From Candidatus Obscuribacteraceae bacterium (GTDB lineage: Bacteria > Cyanobacteriota > Vampirovibrionia > Obscuribacterales > Obscuribacteraceae): a stretch of 64,000 bases of DNA. The position numbers were made by a program, and so were the translations under genes. Where the stretch lies: the NCBI GenBank assembly GCA_044226015.1, contig JBGAHS010000006.1, positions 352,001 through 416,000 of the forward strand. Direction: 5' to 3'. The first letter of the stretch is position 1. Each line of letters opens with the position of its first letter. Positions 29,911-39,321 of this stretch are shown piece after piece. The notes below the pieces were generated by a model. The model was not told the origin of the DNA, did no database searches, and was given only the letters and a program-made list of their open reading frames with translations.

Positions 29911-31222
29911 GCATCAGCGAGCATTAAGAATGCGACGACAAAGAGGGTCGATACTACCAGTGGTGGTGTTCGCCCTTCTTTTCATTTTTGCTTTTGTTTC
30001 ATTTGCCGTTGATGTAATGCATGAGATCCTTACTATTCAACAAATGCGATTTGCTGCTCGCTCTGCTGCTTCGAGCGTTCTGTCAGTTGCAAGCATCGAT
30101 GCAAACGGCTTTGCTCAAAACAGTCAGGTTATTGATTCAACTGGAAAATTCACCAGTCAAGCAATGAGCAAGATGCTTAATGAATTGAGTTCGGTCAGCG
30201 GCAGTAATGGGGTCGAATTTGATGCTACAGACCTCGCACAAGGAAGCGCGAATTCAACGAGTGACAAAGGTCCTTATCTGAAAGTTACAGCCAGACAGCA
30301 CGACAATAACGCGACGGAATTTTTCTTTATTCCTGTAAGATATGCAGCTGGCATGATGTCTGGTGGACCTGCCCCTGGCCAAGATGACTTGCGGGTGAAA
30401 CTTGTTCAGTCTGCTGAAGTTATGTGCCAACCAGCAATAAGAATTGGTCCTGGCGCCCCCTCATCGAGCCAGACCAGGCGAGGACAAGAAATTTATACCG
30501 CACGATTAACCAGTTTTCCGATGGTAATCGACTATGACGACTTCAAGAGAATTATCAGCAACGCTGCTAACAACACTAACTGCGTTTTGCAAGTGGCAAA
30601 TCCTGGTGATGCAGCAATAACTAATTCGAATGTTCTTCGCTCTTACTTCGTGAACGAAAAGCAGGGTGGCTCTGTCAGCAACTACTACTTTGATGCACAA
30701 AATCCTTTGCGTGTCGATGATCTGGTTGGTCTGGTGGAATACTTCAACAACACGGCAACTGCACCACAAGCGGTGCAAATTCCAGCTGCGGTGGAACGAG
30801 GAATTCAGCTAGATCGATTCACAAAAACCGTCCTACAGAACACCGATTTACTAGAAGTGCTTGGACAAGTTCCGCTTAATAGAGCATACATTTTTCCTGT
30901 AGCAAGAGTAACGGGTGGTTCTCTTTGCGAAGTACAGGGCTTTGCATTCCTCAAATTGACAGCAATTACGGCAAGCAATACAAACTGCCAGTTTAGCGTC
31001 GCCACTGGCGAATCTGTCCCAGTATTGAACAGCAGTGCCGGTCCATCGTTGAAAACAATTCCACAACTCGACGGTAGCAAACTGCCTGCGATTTATGATC
31101 GTTCAAACAATCCTTTTGCACCCCGTGACTTTGATGCTACAAACAATCAAATGAGCGGAGCAGCACATGGTGTCGTCATGGCACCAACCTATTCGCCCCG
31201 CAAACCTGCCACGAACAGCTAG
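29891..31222 (+). CDS. TadG-like pseudopilin
   Basis: RGSILPVVVFALLFIFAFVSFAVD N-terminus; position in the operon. Confidence 0.7.
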   Translation: MQFRLSEHQRALRMRRQRGSILPVVVFALLFIFAFVSFAVDVMHEILTIQQMRFAARSAASSVLSVASIDANGFAQNSQVIDSTGKFTSQAMSKMLNELSSVSGSNGVEFDATDLAQGSANSTSDKGPYLKVTARQHDNNATEFFFIPVRYAAGMMSGGPAPGQDDLRVKLVQSAEVMCQPAIRIGPGAPSSSQTRRGQEIYTARLTSFPMVIDYDDFKRIISNAANNTNCVLQVANPGDAAITNSNVLRSYFVNEKQGGSVSNYYFDAQNPLRVDDLVGLVEYFNNTATAPQAVQIPAAVERGIQLDRFTKTVLQNTDLLEVLGQVPLNRAYIFPVARVTGGSLCEVQGFAFLKLTAITASNTNCQFSVATGESVPVLNSSAGPSLKTIPQLDGSKLPAIYDRSNNPFAPRDFDATNNQMSGAAHGVVMAPTYSPRKPATNS

Positions 31223-31233
31223 AGGACACGTAC

Positions 31234-32151
31234 ATGATAAAGAATCTTTTTCTAAAGACACCTGCTAGCAACATCTTTCAAAAGCACCCAGGCAGTACAA
31301 ATCAAAGGACCATGCTGCCATCCAATAACGCAGACACCGCAAGCCAAATGCAAAATTCAACAGACAGCCAAAATAAACAAACAAAACCAGGAAACATGAA
31401 AGCTGTCAGTGTAGGTGTCCTTGGTGCAAAAGGCGGAGTTGGAGCCAGCACTGTAGCACTGAACCTCTCACTGGCTCTGTCAAAAGATGGTAAAAACGTC
31501 ACCCTCATCGATGGAAATTTGCAACAGCCAGATATTTCGATAATGATCGGGCAAGAAGCTGAGCATTCGATGCTTGAATTTTTCTCAAGAGCTGTCTATG
31601 AGGAGAAACTTTTCAATGCCTGCAGCCTCACACTGCAAAATGATGCCAAGCAAGGAAGATGCTCACTCTTGAGTGCACCAGCCAATGGCGAAGCCGGAAC
31701 GCAGTCAAATCTCAGTGACATAACAGCAGGAATGACACCGTTGCTGCATAAAAACGACTTTGTCGTAGTAGACCTTCCGAAAAATCTCGACAAACACCTT
31801 GTCACCATAATGGACAAGCTCGACATCATTGTTTTGGTTTACGAGTCAAACCTGGCATCAGTTGCAGCATGCCGCCGATGGCTCAAATTTTTCATTGAAC
31901 TCGGCTACGAAGCAAACAAGACCATTATGGTTCAGAACAGAGCTGGGGCTCATGGTTCCGTGAATGAAGCAGACTCACAACAACTTCTTCCATCTGCCAA
32001 CAGAGTGAAAATTCCAAATGCGTATAGCTTGATTGAGAGTTCCGCAGCAAGCGGGCAGGCAGCGATATCAAAATCGCCAACTCACAAATACTCACAAGCA
32101 ATATTCGACCTTGCAAAATCGTTGAAACTTCACGCAGCGGAGCAAAACTAA
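31234..32151 (+). CDS. cpaE: CpaE/TadZ MinD-like ATPase
   Basis: GAKGGVGAST deviant Walker A, VVVDLP. Confidence 0.85.
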   Translation: MIKNLFLKTPASNIFQKHPGSTNQRTMLPSNNADTASQMQNSTDSQNKQTKPGNMKAVSVGVLGAKGGVGASTVALNLSLALSKDGKNVTLIDGNLQQPDISIMIGQEAEHSMLEFFSRAVYEEKLFNACSLTLQNDAKQGRCSLLSAPANGEAGTQSNLSDITAGMTPLLHKNDFVVVDLPKNLDKHLVTIMDKLDIIVLVYESNLASVAACRRWLKFFIELGYEANKTIMVQNRAGAHGSVNEADSQQLLPSANRVKIPNAYSLIESSAASGQAAISKSPTHKYSQAIFDLAKSLKLHAAEQN

Positions 32152-32152
32152 G

Positions 32153-33598
32153 ATGACAAAGCTACGAGAAAGACTATTTCAAGATGGCAGCGAATCATCG
32201 CCCGCAGCAAAATCTGAGGCGCAAAGTTCAGCAACAAAGCGCCCAGCGGCGGTGAAGAATCAAGCGCTCTCCCTTACCGGTGCATTCAGTGCAGCAGGAC
32301 CACGCAAAGTATCAGACAGCTACACTGTCTTGAAGCGACGAATTCACCACCGCCTGGTTGAGAGCATAGACATTAGCAGATTGATTCAGCTAGAGGGAAA
32401 TCCCGAACTCGAATCAGCAATATCTGAAACTATTGCAGAGATCATTTCAGAAGAGTCACTTCCTCTGAGTCAGGACGAGCTTAACAACCTGGCGCAAGAC
32501 GTCTTGCACGAAACACTCGGACTGGGTCCGCTAGAGCCATTGCTCGCCGACCCAGAAATCAACGACATTCTTGTAAATGGACATGAGAGCGTATGGGTTG
32601 ATCGCAACGGTGTTCTGCAAGAAACAGACATCAAGTTCAGCAGCCAGGACCATCTCTTGCACGTCATCAACAGAATAGTTGCTAGAGTGGGCAGACGTGT
32701 TGACGAGTCATCACCAATCGTTGACGCACGCTTGCAGGACGGCTCACGTGTAAACGCAATCATTCCGCCGTTGTCCCTGGATGGTCCTGTTCTCTCTATA
32801 AGACGTTTTCGAGCACAGCCATTTCACATGGAAGATCTTATTGAGCGGACAGCTCTCAATGAGCAGATGGCAGCTTTCTTGAAACTAGCTGTAGCATCCA
32901 GATTGAACGTGCTCATCTCTGGTGGCACATCAGCTGGAAAGACAACACTTCTGAACGTTCTTTCTGAAAGCATTTCGCATCGCGAGAGAATTGTCACCAT
33001 AGAAGATACCGCTGAATTGCGTTTGCAGCAGAAGCATGTAATTCGCCTGGAGTCGCGCCCAGCTAACATTGAAGGCACTGGTGCCATCGCACAAAGAGAG
33101 CTAGTTAAAAATGCACTCAGAATGCGTCCCGATAGAATTATCGTGGGTGAGGTTCGAGGCGGCGAGTGCTTGGACATGCTTCAAGCAATGAACACCGGAC
33201 ACGACGGCTCACTATCTACGGTGCACGCAAATTCGCCTCGGGATGCTCTATCTAGAATTGAAACACTGGTTCTTCTAGCTGGAGTTGAACTCAGCCAACA
33301 GAGTATCAGAGAACAAATCGCCAGCGCATTTGACCTCGTAATTCAAATTAAGCGCATGCCAGACGGTGTCAGAAAAATAAGCTCAATAGCAGAAGTAACC
33401 GGCGTGCATGAAGGTGTAATCAGCCTTCAGGAATTGTACAAATTCAGGCACGATGGTACCGATGGCGAAGGCAAAGTGCTGGGCAAACATATAGCCTGTG
33501 GCTTGCGCCCGATGTACCAGGACAAATTTGAAGAAGCAGGCGTCAAGTTAGAGACATGGATGTTCAATAACGAAGAATCGGAGGAAGCGCAAAGCTAA
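32153..33598 (+). CDS. cpaF: CpaF/TadA pilus assembly ATPase
   Basis: GGTSAGKTT, IEDTAEL, LRMRPDRIIVGEVRG, MNTGHDGSLSTVHAN. Confidence 0.96.
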   Translation: MTKLRERLFQDGSESSPAAKSEAQSSATKRPAAVKNQALSLTGAFSAAGPRKVSDSYTVLKRRIHHRLVESIDISRLIQLEGNPELESAISETIAEIISEESLPLSQDELNNLAQDVLHETLGLGPLEPLLADPEINDILVNGHESVWVDRNGVLQETDIKFSSQDHLLHVINRIVARVGRRVDESSPIVDARLQDGSRVNAIIPPLSLDGPVLSIRRFRAQPFHMEDLIERTALNEQMAAFLKLAVASRLNVLISGGTSAGKTTLLNVLSESISHRERIVTIEDTAELRLQQKHVIRLESRPANIEGTGAIAQRELVKNALRMRPDRIIVGEVRGGECLDMLQAMNTGHDGSLSTVHANSPRDALSRIETLVLLAGVELSQQSIREQIASAFDLVIQIKRMPDGVRKISSIAEVTGVHEGVISLQELYKFRHDGTDGEGKVLGKHIACGLRPMYQDKFEEAGVKLETWMFNNEESEEAQS

Positions 33599-34539
33599 TG
33601 ACGGCTACAATCGCGATTCCGATAATCATAGCAGTGCTCGCCATTGTGGCTTTGAGTCTTGTTTTGACCCGCGTTGTCGTTGCAAAGCGTAATCGCGATG
33701 CTATGCGCATGCGACTCGAATCAATGATTGCTCTACCTGAGCAGAAGGAAGAACAATCGCTAGTCAAAGAGAACAAAGCCCACTTTGAACTGCCCTTCCT
33801 TGCAGAACTAGAACGTCTGCATCAATTGGCTGGCTTCAAGTCTGACTTTTCGCAGACGCTGCAAATCGTTTTATTTGGCACCGCTATAATTGCATGCTTA
33901 CCGTTTGCGCTCGACTTGCCAGCAGCGCCCTGCCTTGTGTTGGCGTTAATGCTGCCTGTCATAGCTTTTGTTGTTCTCAAATACAAAGCCGAAGCCGGCA
34001 GAACCAAGTTTCAGATGCAACTTCCAAACGCGCTGGACCTGATGGTATCAATTTTGCGCAGCGGTCACAGTATACCGATGGCGGTTCGTTCTGTGGCTCA
34101 AGAAAGTCCAGCCCCGTTAGGTGATGAATTCATCATCATATTCCACCGCATGAATTTGGGGCAAAGCCTTCCAGAAGCGCTTGAAACTTCGGTCAAAAAG
34201 TACGACTCTTTCGAGCTTGACCTTTTGCGCAGAGCCTCCGCGCTCAACCTTGAAGTTGGTGGCAGCCTGGCAGAAGTACTAGACAAAACGAACCACACAC
34301 TTCGCGAACGCATCAATTTGAAAAATCAAATTGGAGTTTTAACGGCACAAGGAAAATTATCAGCCATCATCTGCGGAATGCTACCAATTGTGGTGGCGGT
34401 AATTTTCAGCCAAATAAACCCTAACTACCTTGAGCCGCTGACGCAAAACATTACCGGACAAATTATGATCGCAGCAGCAGTGGGGCTTGAACTAGTTGGC
34501 TTCTTCGCAATGTACAAACTATCGTCCTTCAGGATATAA
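33598..34539 (+). CDS. tadB: TadB (T2SS F-family)
   Basis: QLPNALDLMVSILRSGHS, GGSLAEVL, LTAQGKLSA. Confidence 0.9.
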   Translation: MTATIAIPIIIAVLAIVALSLVLTRVVVAKRNRDAMRMRLESMIALPEQKEEQSLVKENKAHFELPFLAELERLHQLAGFKSDFSQTLQIVLFGTAIIACLPFALDLPAAPCLVLALMLPVIAFVVLKYKAEAGRTKFQMQLPNALDLMVSILRSGHSIPMAVRSVAQESPAPLGDEFIIIFHRMNLGQSLPEALETSVKKYDSFELDLLRRASALNLEVGGSLAEVLDKTNHTLRERINLKNQIGVLTAQGKLSAIICGMLPIVVAVIFSQINPNYLEPLTQNITGQIMIAAAVGLELVGFFAMYKLSSFRI

Positions 34540-34541
34540 GC

Positions 34542-35297
34542 ATGCCAGAACTTGTTATGAAGAAAATTGATTTCAGCGAAATTGCGTTGTCGGCACTGCA
34601 GGTTCTTCCATCAGGCTATAAACTGATGCTGCAAAAGTACCTGGCGTTTGCCGGATGGTCAGCTCCAGAAGATTATGCCAATCTGGCAGCATGGAAGCTA
34701 TACCCTTGTTTGTTAGTGACGGCATTGATTCTTCTGCTACCCAGCAATCTGGTATCACCTGCGGTGGTGGCTCCCGCCATGTTTGTGCTGTTCTTTGTGC
34801 CAGATCTTGTGATCATTCAGAAATCAAAATTGAGACAGTCAGAGATATCTTCATCGCTTCCGCAGGCGATCGATATCATGCTCTTAGGTGTGAATGCAGG
34901 CTTGAGCCTCGATGCGACACTTCAACGCCTCGCCAGCGACCGCTCGTCAGTTTCCAATGCGTTAAATGTTGAGCTCTCTCGATTGGGAAGAGACATTCTG
35001 CTGGGCATCGACAGGGAAGTTGCATACACGGCACTTTACGAACGAACTGGAGTGGAAGAACTGAAGTCATTCGGTGCAGCACTCAATCAAAGTAGCAAGA
35101 TGGGCTTAAGCGTCGCCAGAGTCTTGCAGGCTCAAAGTGAATTCATCAGATTACGACAGAAACAAAAGGCACAAGAGAAAGCCGCAAAGCTGCCCATATG
35201 GATGGCTTTTCCACTCTGGCTCTGCATCATGCCTTCACTCTTGCTGATTTTGCTGGGACCTTCGCTGCTGGCATTCTTCCAACAGCTGGCAAAGTAA
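34542..35297 (+). CDS. tadC: TadC (T2SS F-family)
   Basis: LPQAIDIMLLGVNAGLSLD, AQEKAAKLPIWMAFPL. Confidence 0.9.
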   Translation: MPELVMKKIDFSEIALSALQVLPSGYKLMLQKYLAFAGWSAPEDYANLAAWKLYPCLLVTALILLLPSNLVSPAVVAPAMFVLFFVPDLVIIQKSKLRQSEISSSLPQAIDIMLLGVNAGLSLDATLQRLASDRSSVSNALNVELSRLGRDILLGIDREVAYTALYERTGVEELKSFGAALNQSSKMGLSVARVLQAQSEFIRLRQKQKAQEKAAKLPIWMAFPLWLCIMPSLLLILLGPSLLAFFQQLAK

Positions 35298-35406
35298 CGC
35301 ATAATCAGATTCCGGCCCGCGCGCCTAAGCTTGCCAATGCGTTTAGACCGAGACGACCAGAACTGTCTACGCAAGGGAAACAACTGAGCTAGGCGCAGGT
35401 TTCTGT

Positions 35407-35538
35407 GCTGCATTGGGATCCCTTCTGAGAGCGCAGGCTATTGTGAGCTGCTTTGGGATCTCATCTGGGAGCGGAGGCTATCGTGAGCTGCTTTGGGATC
35501 CCTTCCTGGGAGCGCAGGCTTCCAGCCTGCGCTCCCAG
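35407..35538 (+). repeat. Three 40-bp tandem units ending in a REP-like perfect hairpin
   Basis: GCTGC.TTGGGATC units at 35407, 35447 and 35487; CTGGGAGCGCAGGCT-tcc-AGCCTGCGCTCCCAG at 35506-35538. Confidence 0.8.
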
Positions 35539-35837
35539 CAATGAAGTCGGACTCTCTTCTGGAAGTGAGGCATGAAAGGCTCAGGATCCGAAACAAACCG
35601 GGCTCAATACCGCACCCAGACCCAGCACTTAGACTGGTCATGGCCGAAATCAGCCACCAACTCAAACCAGAGAACTCATGACATCCACATAATCTTGGGT
35701 CAGCCTAAAGTTAGCCCGAAAAGTCCTGCTATAGCTGGAACGAGCGCCTCCAAAAGAACGAGTGTTACAGCAGATTCACGCAATTAATTGCCAACAGGTT
35801 TTAGCCTCTGGCTACCGTGGTAATATGAATTAGCTAT

Positions 35838-35909
<72 letters not shown>

Positions 35910-35934
35910 TTTTTTCTTTTTGAATTGTCTAGCA

Positions 35935-35968
35935 AGACTTTTCGCGGTTGCGAAAGGTCTATTTTATT
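35935..35968 (+). terminator. Element-supplied hairpin downstream of the tRNA
   Basis: AGACTTTTCGC-ggtt-GCGAAAGGTCT followed by ATTTTATT. Confidence 0.5.
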
Positions 35969-36005
35969 GCCAAAATAGGCAGCGAAAATTTATGCAAATA
36001 CTCCA

Positions 36006-36905
36006 ATGATACTCCGGGGAAACTTAAATATGAAAGTTGAACAAAGGGACCCCTGCATCAATTGCAATTGTTGCCATGGCTATCAAGTCGCCAGAGACGA
36101 GCAAGGAGAACCATTACATGTAGGCAGCCAGATAATTCCTAATTGGGAAATTGATCTCGTGCGAGAATGTTTTACTAGAGATGGACGCCCCCTTGTCATA
36201 AAGATCGCAAAGAGTAATAAGGACAGAGAGATCCTCCTTAAGAATTGGAATGAGATTTTTCCTGACACAGATTCAACATTAGGCGTCATAGATCAATACA
36301 CGCGAAAAGCGAACGAAGCGTATCCGTATATTTGCTTTGCATCCATCAAGGGGAGAGCTGTTGGAAAACTATTTTTAGAGAGAAACTCAAACAACTCCAT
36401 GCGACGAGAACTTCAGGCTGCAATCATCGACAATGTCCAAGTGGACATAAACCATGAAGGTAACGGAATTTGCACCGAGATGCTTGCATTCGTGGAAGAA
36501 CTAGCAAGAAAAAACAAAATTGCATGGTTAGAGATCGGTGCTCGAAGAGTTGAGGATAATGAGGACCAAGGGCATCTCAGAAGGGGTTTAGACTCACTTC
36601 GAATTTACATCAAACGTGGCTACACAAAACATCCAGTGATACCCACAAGATCGCTCCTTATTCATAACTTAATTTCGATCGACAAAAAAAGTCGCAGCGC
36701 AGCCTGGTTGAAGAATTCCCCTCAACAAAACCAGGACAATATAAGCTTCACTATCACTCATCCCCGGTATGACTCAAGATCTCTGGTTGTCTACAAGAAT
36801 TTGCTTGAGCAGGACGAGAACGTGATGGACCAGCAGACGGTTCTCGCTCTGTTTAGAGAACTCACTGCAGATGTCCCACAGATCGACGACACCACCACAA
36901 ATTGA
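36006..36905 (+). CDS. GNAT-family acetyltransferase
   Basis: IDNVQVDINHEGNGICTEML acetyl-CoA motif; LRIYIKRGY. Confidence 0.75.
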   Translation: MILRGNLNMKVEQRDPCINCNCCHGYQVARDEQGEPLHVGSQIIPNWEIDLVRECFTRDGRPLVIKIAKSNKDREILLKNWNEIFPDTDSTLGVIDQYTRKANEAYPYICFASIKGRAVGKLFLERNSNNSMRRELQAAIIDNVQVDINHEGNGICTEMLAFVEELARKNKIAWLEIGARRVEDNEDQGHLRRGLDSLRIYIKRGYTKHPVIPTRSLLIHNLISIDKKSRSAAWLKNSPQQNQDNISFTITHPRYDSRSLVVYKNLLEQDENVMDQQTVLALFRELTADVPQIDDTTTN

Positions 36906-36980
36906 CACGCTGACACAGCGTTAGAAGAGCAACTAGAAGCGGGCACAACTTTAACGCAAGTTGATTGAATACAAGTTGAG

Positions 36981-37748
36981 TTGAATGTGCACGCACCCGA
37001 AATTCCTCAAAAAAAGCGATTAGTCGCCTACTACCGTGTCTCTTCAGAATCACAAGAAGAGAACAATAGTATCGACTTGCAGAAGCGCAAAATAAGTTGG
37101 GCTGCAGATAACTACGGTTTCGAGATCATCGCAAACATCGAAGCTGTCGAAAGCGCGACATGCCAAAGTGATGATCGTAAGCACTTCAAGGAAGCACTGG
37201 AGATAATCAGATCAGCCAATTGCGATGGCTTGATCGTCAATGATCTTGATCGTTTCTTTCGCAATACGGAAGAAGGCTTGAGGATTGCCAGGAAGGAGTT
37301 TCTTGAAAGTGGCAAGACGCTCATCACCTTGAATCAAAATATAGACATCAGCACTGATGACGGCTGGTTTATGTTTGGCGTAATGCTTCTATTTGCAGAG
37401 AAAGAAGCAAAAACAAATCGATACCGAATGCGCGAGGGGAAGAGGTCTAAATCGAGAGCGAATAAAGCAGCCTACCTTAATGGAGCCACGCCGTATGGCT
37501 ATAAATCAGCCGGACCAAGCGGTAAGCGTTATTTGCAAATCGATCCAAAAGAATATCCATGGCGCGAAAAAATATTCTCCTGGCGCAGCGAAGGACGTTC
37601 ATACAAATGGATCGCACAAGAACTAAACACAAACGGTGTGAAAACAAAACGCGGTCGACAATGGCGAGACACCACAGTCAGGATCATCCTGATTCGTCCG
37701 TTAGCCCTCCAGGAAGCTCTGCCTCAAATACCGCCTGAAATAGCATGA
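36981..37748 (+). CDS. Serine recombinase (resolvase domain plus short recombinase domain), paralog 1
   Basis: YYRVSS catalytic Ser, DLDRFFR, PYGY, IAQELN..GVKTKRG..W. Confidence 0.92.
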   Translation: MNVHAPEIPQKKRLVAYYRVSSESQEENNSIDLQKRKISWAADNYGFEIIANIEAVESATCQSDDRKHFKEALEIIRSANCDGLIVNDLDRFFRNTEEGLRIARKEFLESGKTLITLNQNIDISTDDGWFMFGVMLLFAEKEAKTNRYRMREGKRSKSRANKAAYLNGATPYGYKSAGPSGKRYLQIDPKEYPWREKIFSWRSEGRSYKWIAQELNTNGVKTKRGRQWRDTTVRIILIRPLALQEALPQIPPEIA

Positions 37749-37972
37749 ACCAGAAACATCTAACTCTGATAGTTAATAATGTTCTGCTGGCGGGTCCTTT
37801 CAGTTCAGCGGGTTGGTCATTTGAGTACAGGGTAATCAAAATTGCAGACAAGGATGGAATGCCCTTTGCAGAAATACAAGAGCGTTTCCAGCTAGAACGA
37901 AATTGGACACACTGCATGTTCATACCGTGGGAGATCTGGCAGCAAATCAATTCAAAAGGCGAAGCTAGATGA
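37745..37972 (+). CDS. Small hypothetical protein coupled between the two recombinases
   Basis: ATGA overlaps at both ends. Confidence 0.65.
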   Translation: MNQKHLTLIVNNVLLAGPFSSAGWSFEYRVIKIADKDGMPFAEIQERFQLERNWTHCMFIPWEIWQQINSKGEAR

Positions 37973-38718
37973 GCATGAAAAAGTTCATCGCCTTCTACAG
38001 AGTATCTAGTAATTCGCAAGAAGAAAACACAAGCCTGGAAATTCAAAAAGCGCGAATTAACTCTTGGGCAAAAGCGTGCAACCATCAGATTGTTCACGAG
38101 GTGGAAGCAGTTGAATCTGCCACGCGAACCATAGAGAGGCGGAAACTTTTCAAGCACGCGCTCGAACTCATGGATTCAAGTAACTGTGATGGCTTAATTG
38201 TTTACGACCTGGATCGTTTTTTTAGAAACGCGGAAGAGGGCTTGCGATGTGCTCGCATCAACTTTCTCGAACAAGGCAGAGTCTTATTGAGCTTAAATCA
38301 GAACATCGACATCAGCACACATGACGGCTGGTTTACTTTTGGAATATTTCTGCTTGTAGCCGAGAAGGAAGCCCGCACGATGCGTCGCAGAGTGACGGAA
38401 GGCAAATTACATAAAGCCGCCTCATCACTATGCGAAGGACGAAAAGCCTACATCGACGGAGCGCTACCATTTGGTTTCTCTTCATCGGGCGTGAGTGGCA
38501 GGCGTGAATTAGAGATCGACCCTTCAGAGTACCCCTGGCGTCAAAAGATCTTCGCCTGGCGCGCCGAGGGTCGTTCTTACAAATGGATCGCGCGCGAGCT
38601 GAACAGCAGGGGCGTAAAAACTAAGCGCGGGTTGGAGTGGCGTGATACCACGATACGACTAATGCTTGTGAGACCCATGGCTCTTCATGAGCTGATGAAC
38701 CAGGCGATCTCAAGTTAA
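37969..38718 (+). CDS. Serine recombinase, paralog 2
   Basis: FYRVSS, DLDRFFR, PFGF, IARELN..GVKTKRG..W. Confidence 0.92.
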   Translation: MSMKKFIAFYRVSSNSQEENTSLEIQKARINSWAKACNHQIVHEVEAVESATRTIERRKLFKHALELMDSSNCDGLIVYDLDRFFRNAEEGLRCARINFLEQGRVLLSLNQNIDISTHDGWFTFGIFLLVAEKEARTMRRRVTEGKLHKAASSLCEGRKAYIDGALPFGFSSSGVSGRRELEIDPSEYPWRQKIFAWRAEGRSYKWIARELNSRGVKTKRGLEWRDTTIRLMLVRPMALHELMNQAISS

Positions 38719-39113
38719 AGTTGCAATGAGCGCTTCAAGTCAGACTCAAGACACGAAATCTGCTTCAACAGCCGGACTAGATAAGCGATATCTTTATTAG
38801 TACGCAATACAGAGTCTTTGTCTAGCCTTTGCCTAACTTCGACATGCACTCTATGCAGCACTTTCAAAGTTTCAAGCTTGCATCGTGTAGTGTCGCCAAC
38901 CTCAGCAATTAGTGTTTCAGTTCGCGTGGCACGGTAAGCGATACGCTTTAATCGCCAATCTTCGCTCTTGCACCATTGCTCGACCTCACCTTTCGAAACC
39001 CCAAGCTGTTGCGCAATCAGCCCAAAGCGCGGCTTTTTCATGGCAACATACATGTTCAAGGCTGTCTCTCGCACAGGAACTATTTCAGCAAGATTATTCA
39101 CGCCCATTTCCAT
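38715..39113 (-). CDS. HTH protein resembling the N-terminus of a terminase small subunit
   Basis: IAQQLGVSKGEVEQWCKSEDW followed by helical segments. Confidence 0.5.
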   Translation of the reverse strand: MEMGVNNLAEIVPVRETALNMYVAMKKPRFGLIAQQLGVSKGEVEQWCKSEDWRLKRIAYRATRTETLIAEVGDTTRCKLETLKVLHRVHVEVRQRLDKDSVLRTNKDIAYLVRLLKQISCLESDLKRSLQL

Positions 39114-39321
39114 TCTCTTTCATAGCAAGAGCCTTCTCTGTGAGCTTAGCCAGCCTGAAAATCGTGTTTGCCGATTTTGCGAGAATATGAAGCTCGGCAT
39201 TGTTCTGAATATCGCTATCTAGCTTAGCTCTAGCCGCATCCAATCTAACCTCTATTTCTCGGAGAACAGCATCAGCTGCATCAATAGCTTCATCCCGAAA
39301 TTCATTTTTTATCGTTCTCAT
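39094..39321 (-). CDS. Small helical hypothetical protein
   Basis: 75-aa ORF overlapping the downstream gene. Confidence 0.55.
   Translation of the reverse strand: MRTIKNEFRDEAIDAADAVLREIEVRLDAARAKLDSDIQNNAELHILAKSANTIFRLAKLTEKALAMKENGNGRE

Noticed and set aside
35407..35538. Possible mini CRISPR array
   Set aside because: Tandem units lack unique spacers and a leader, and no cas genes are nearby.
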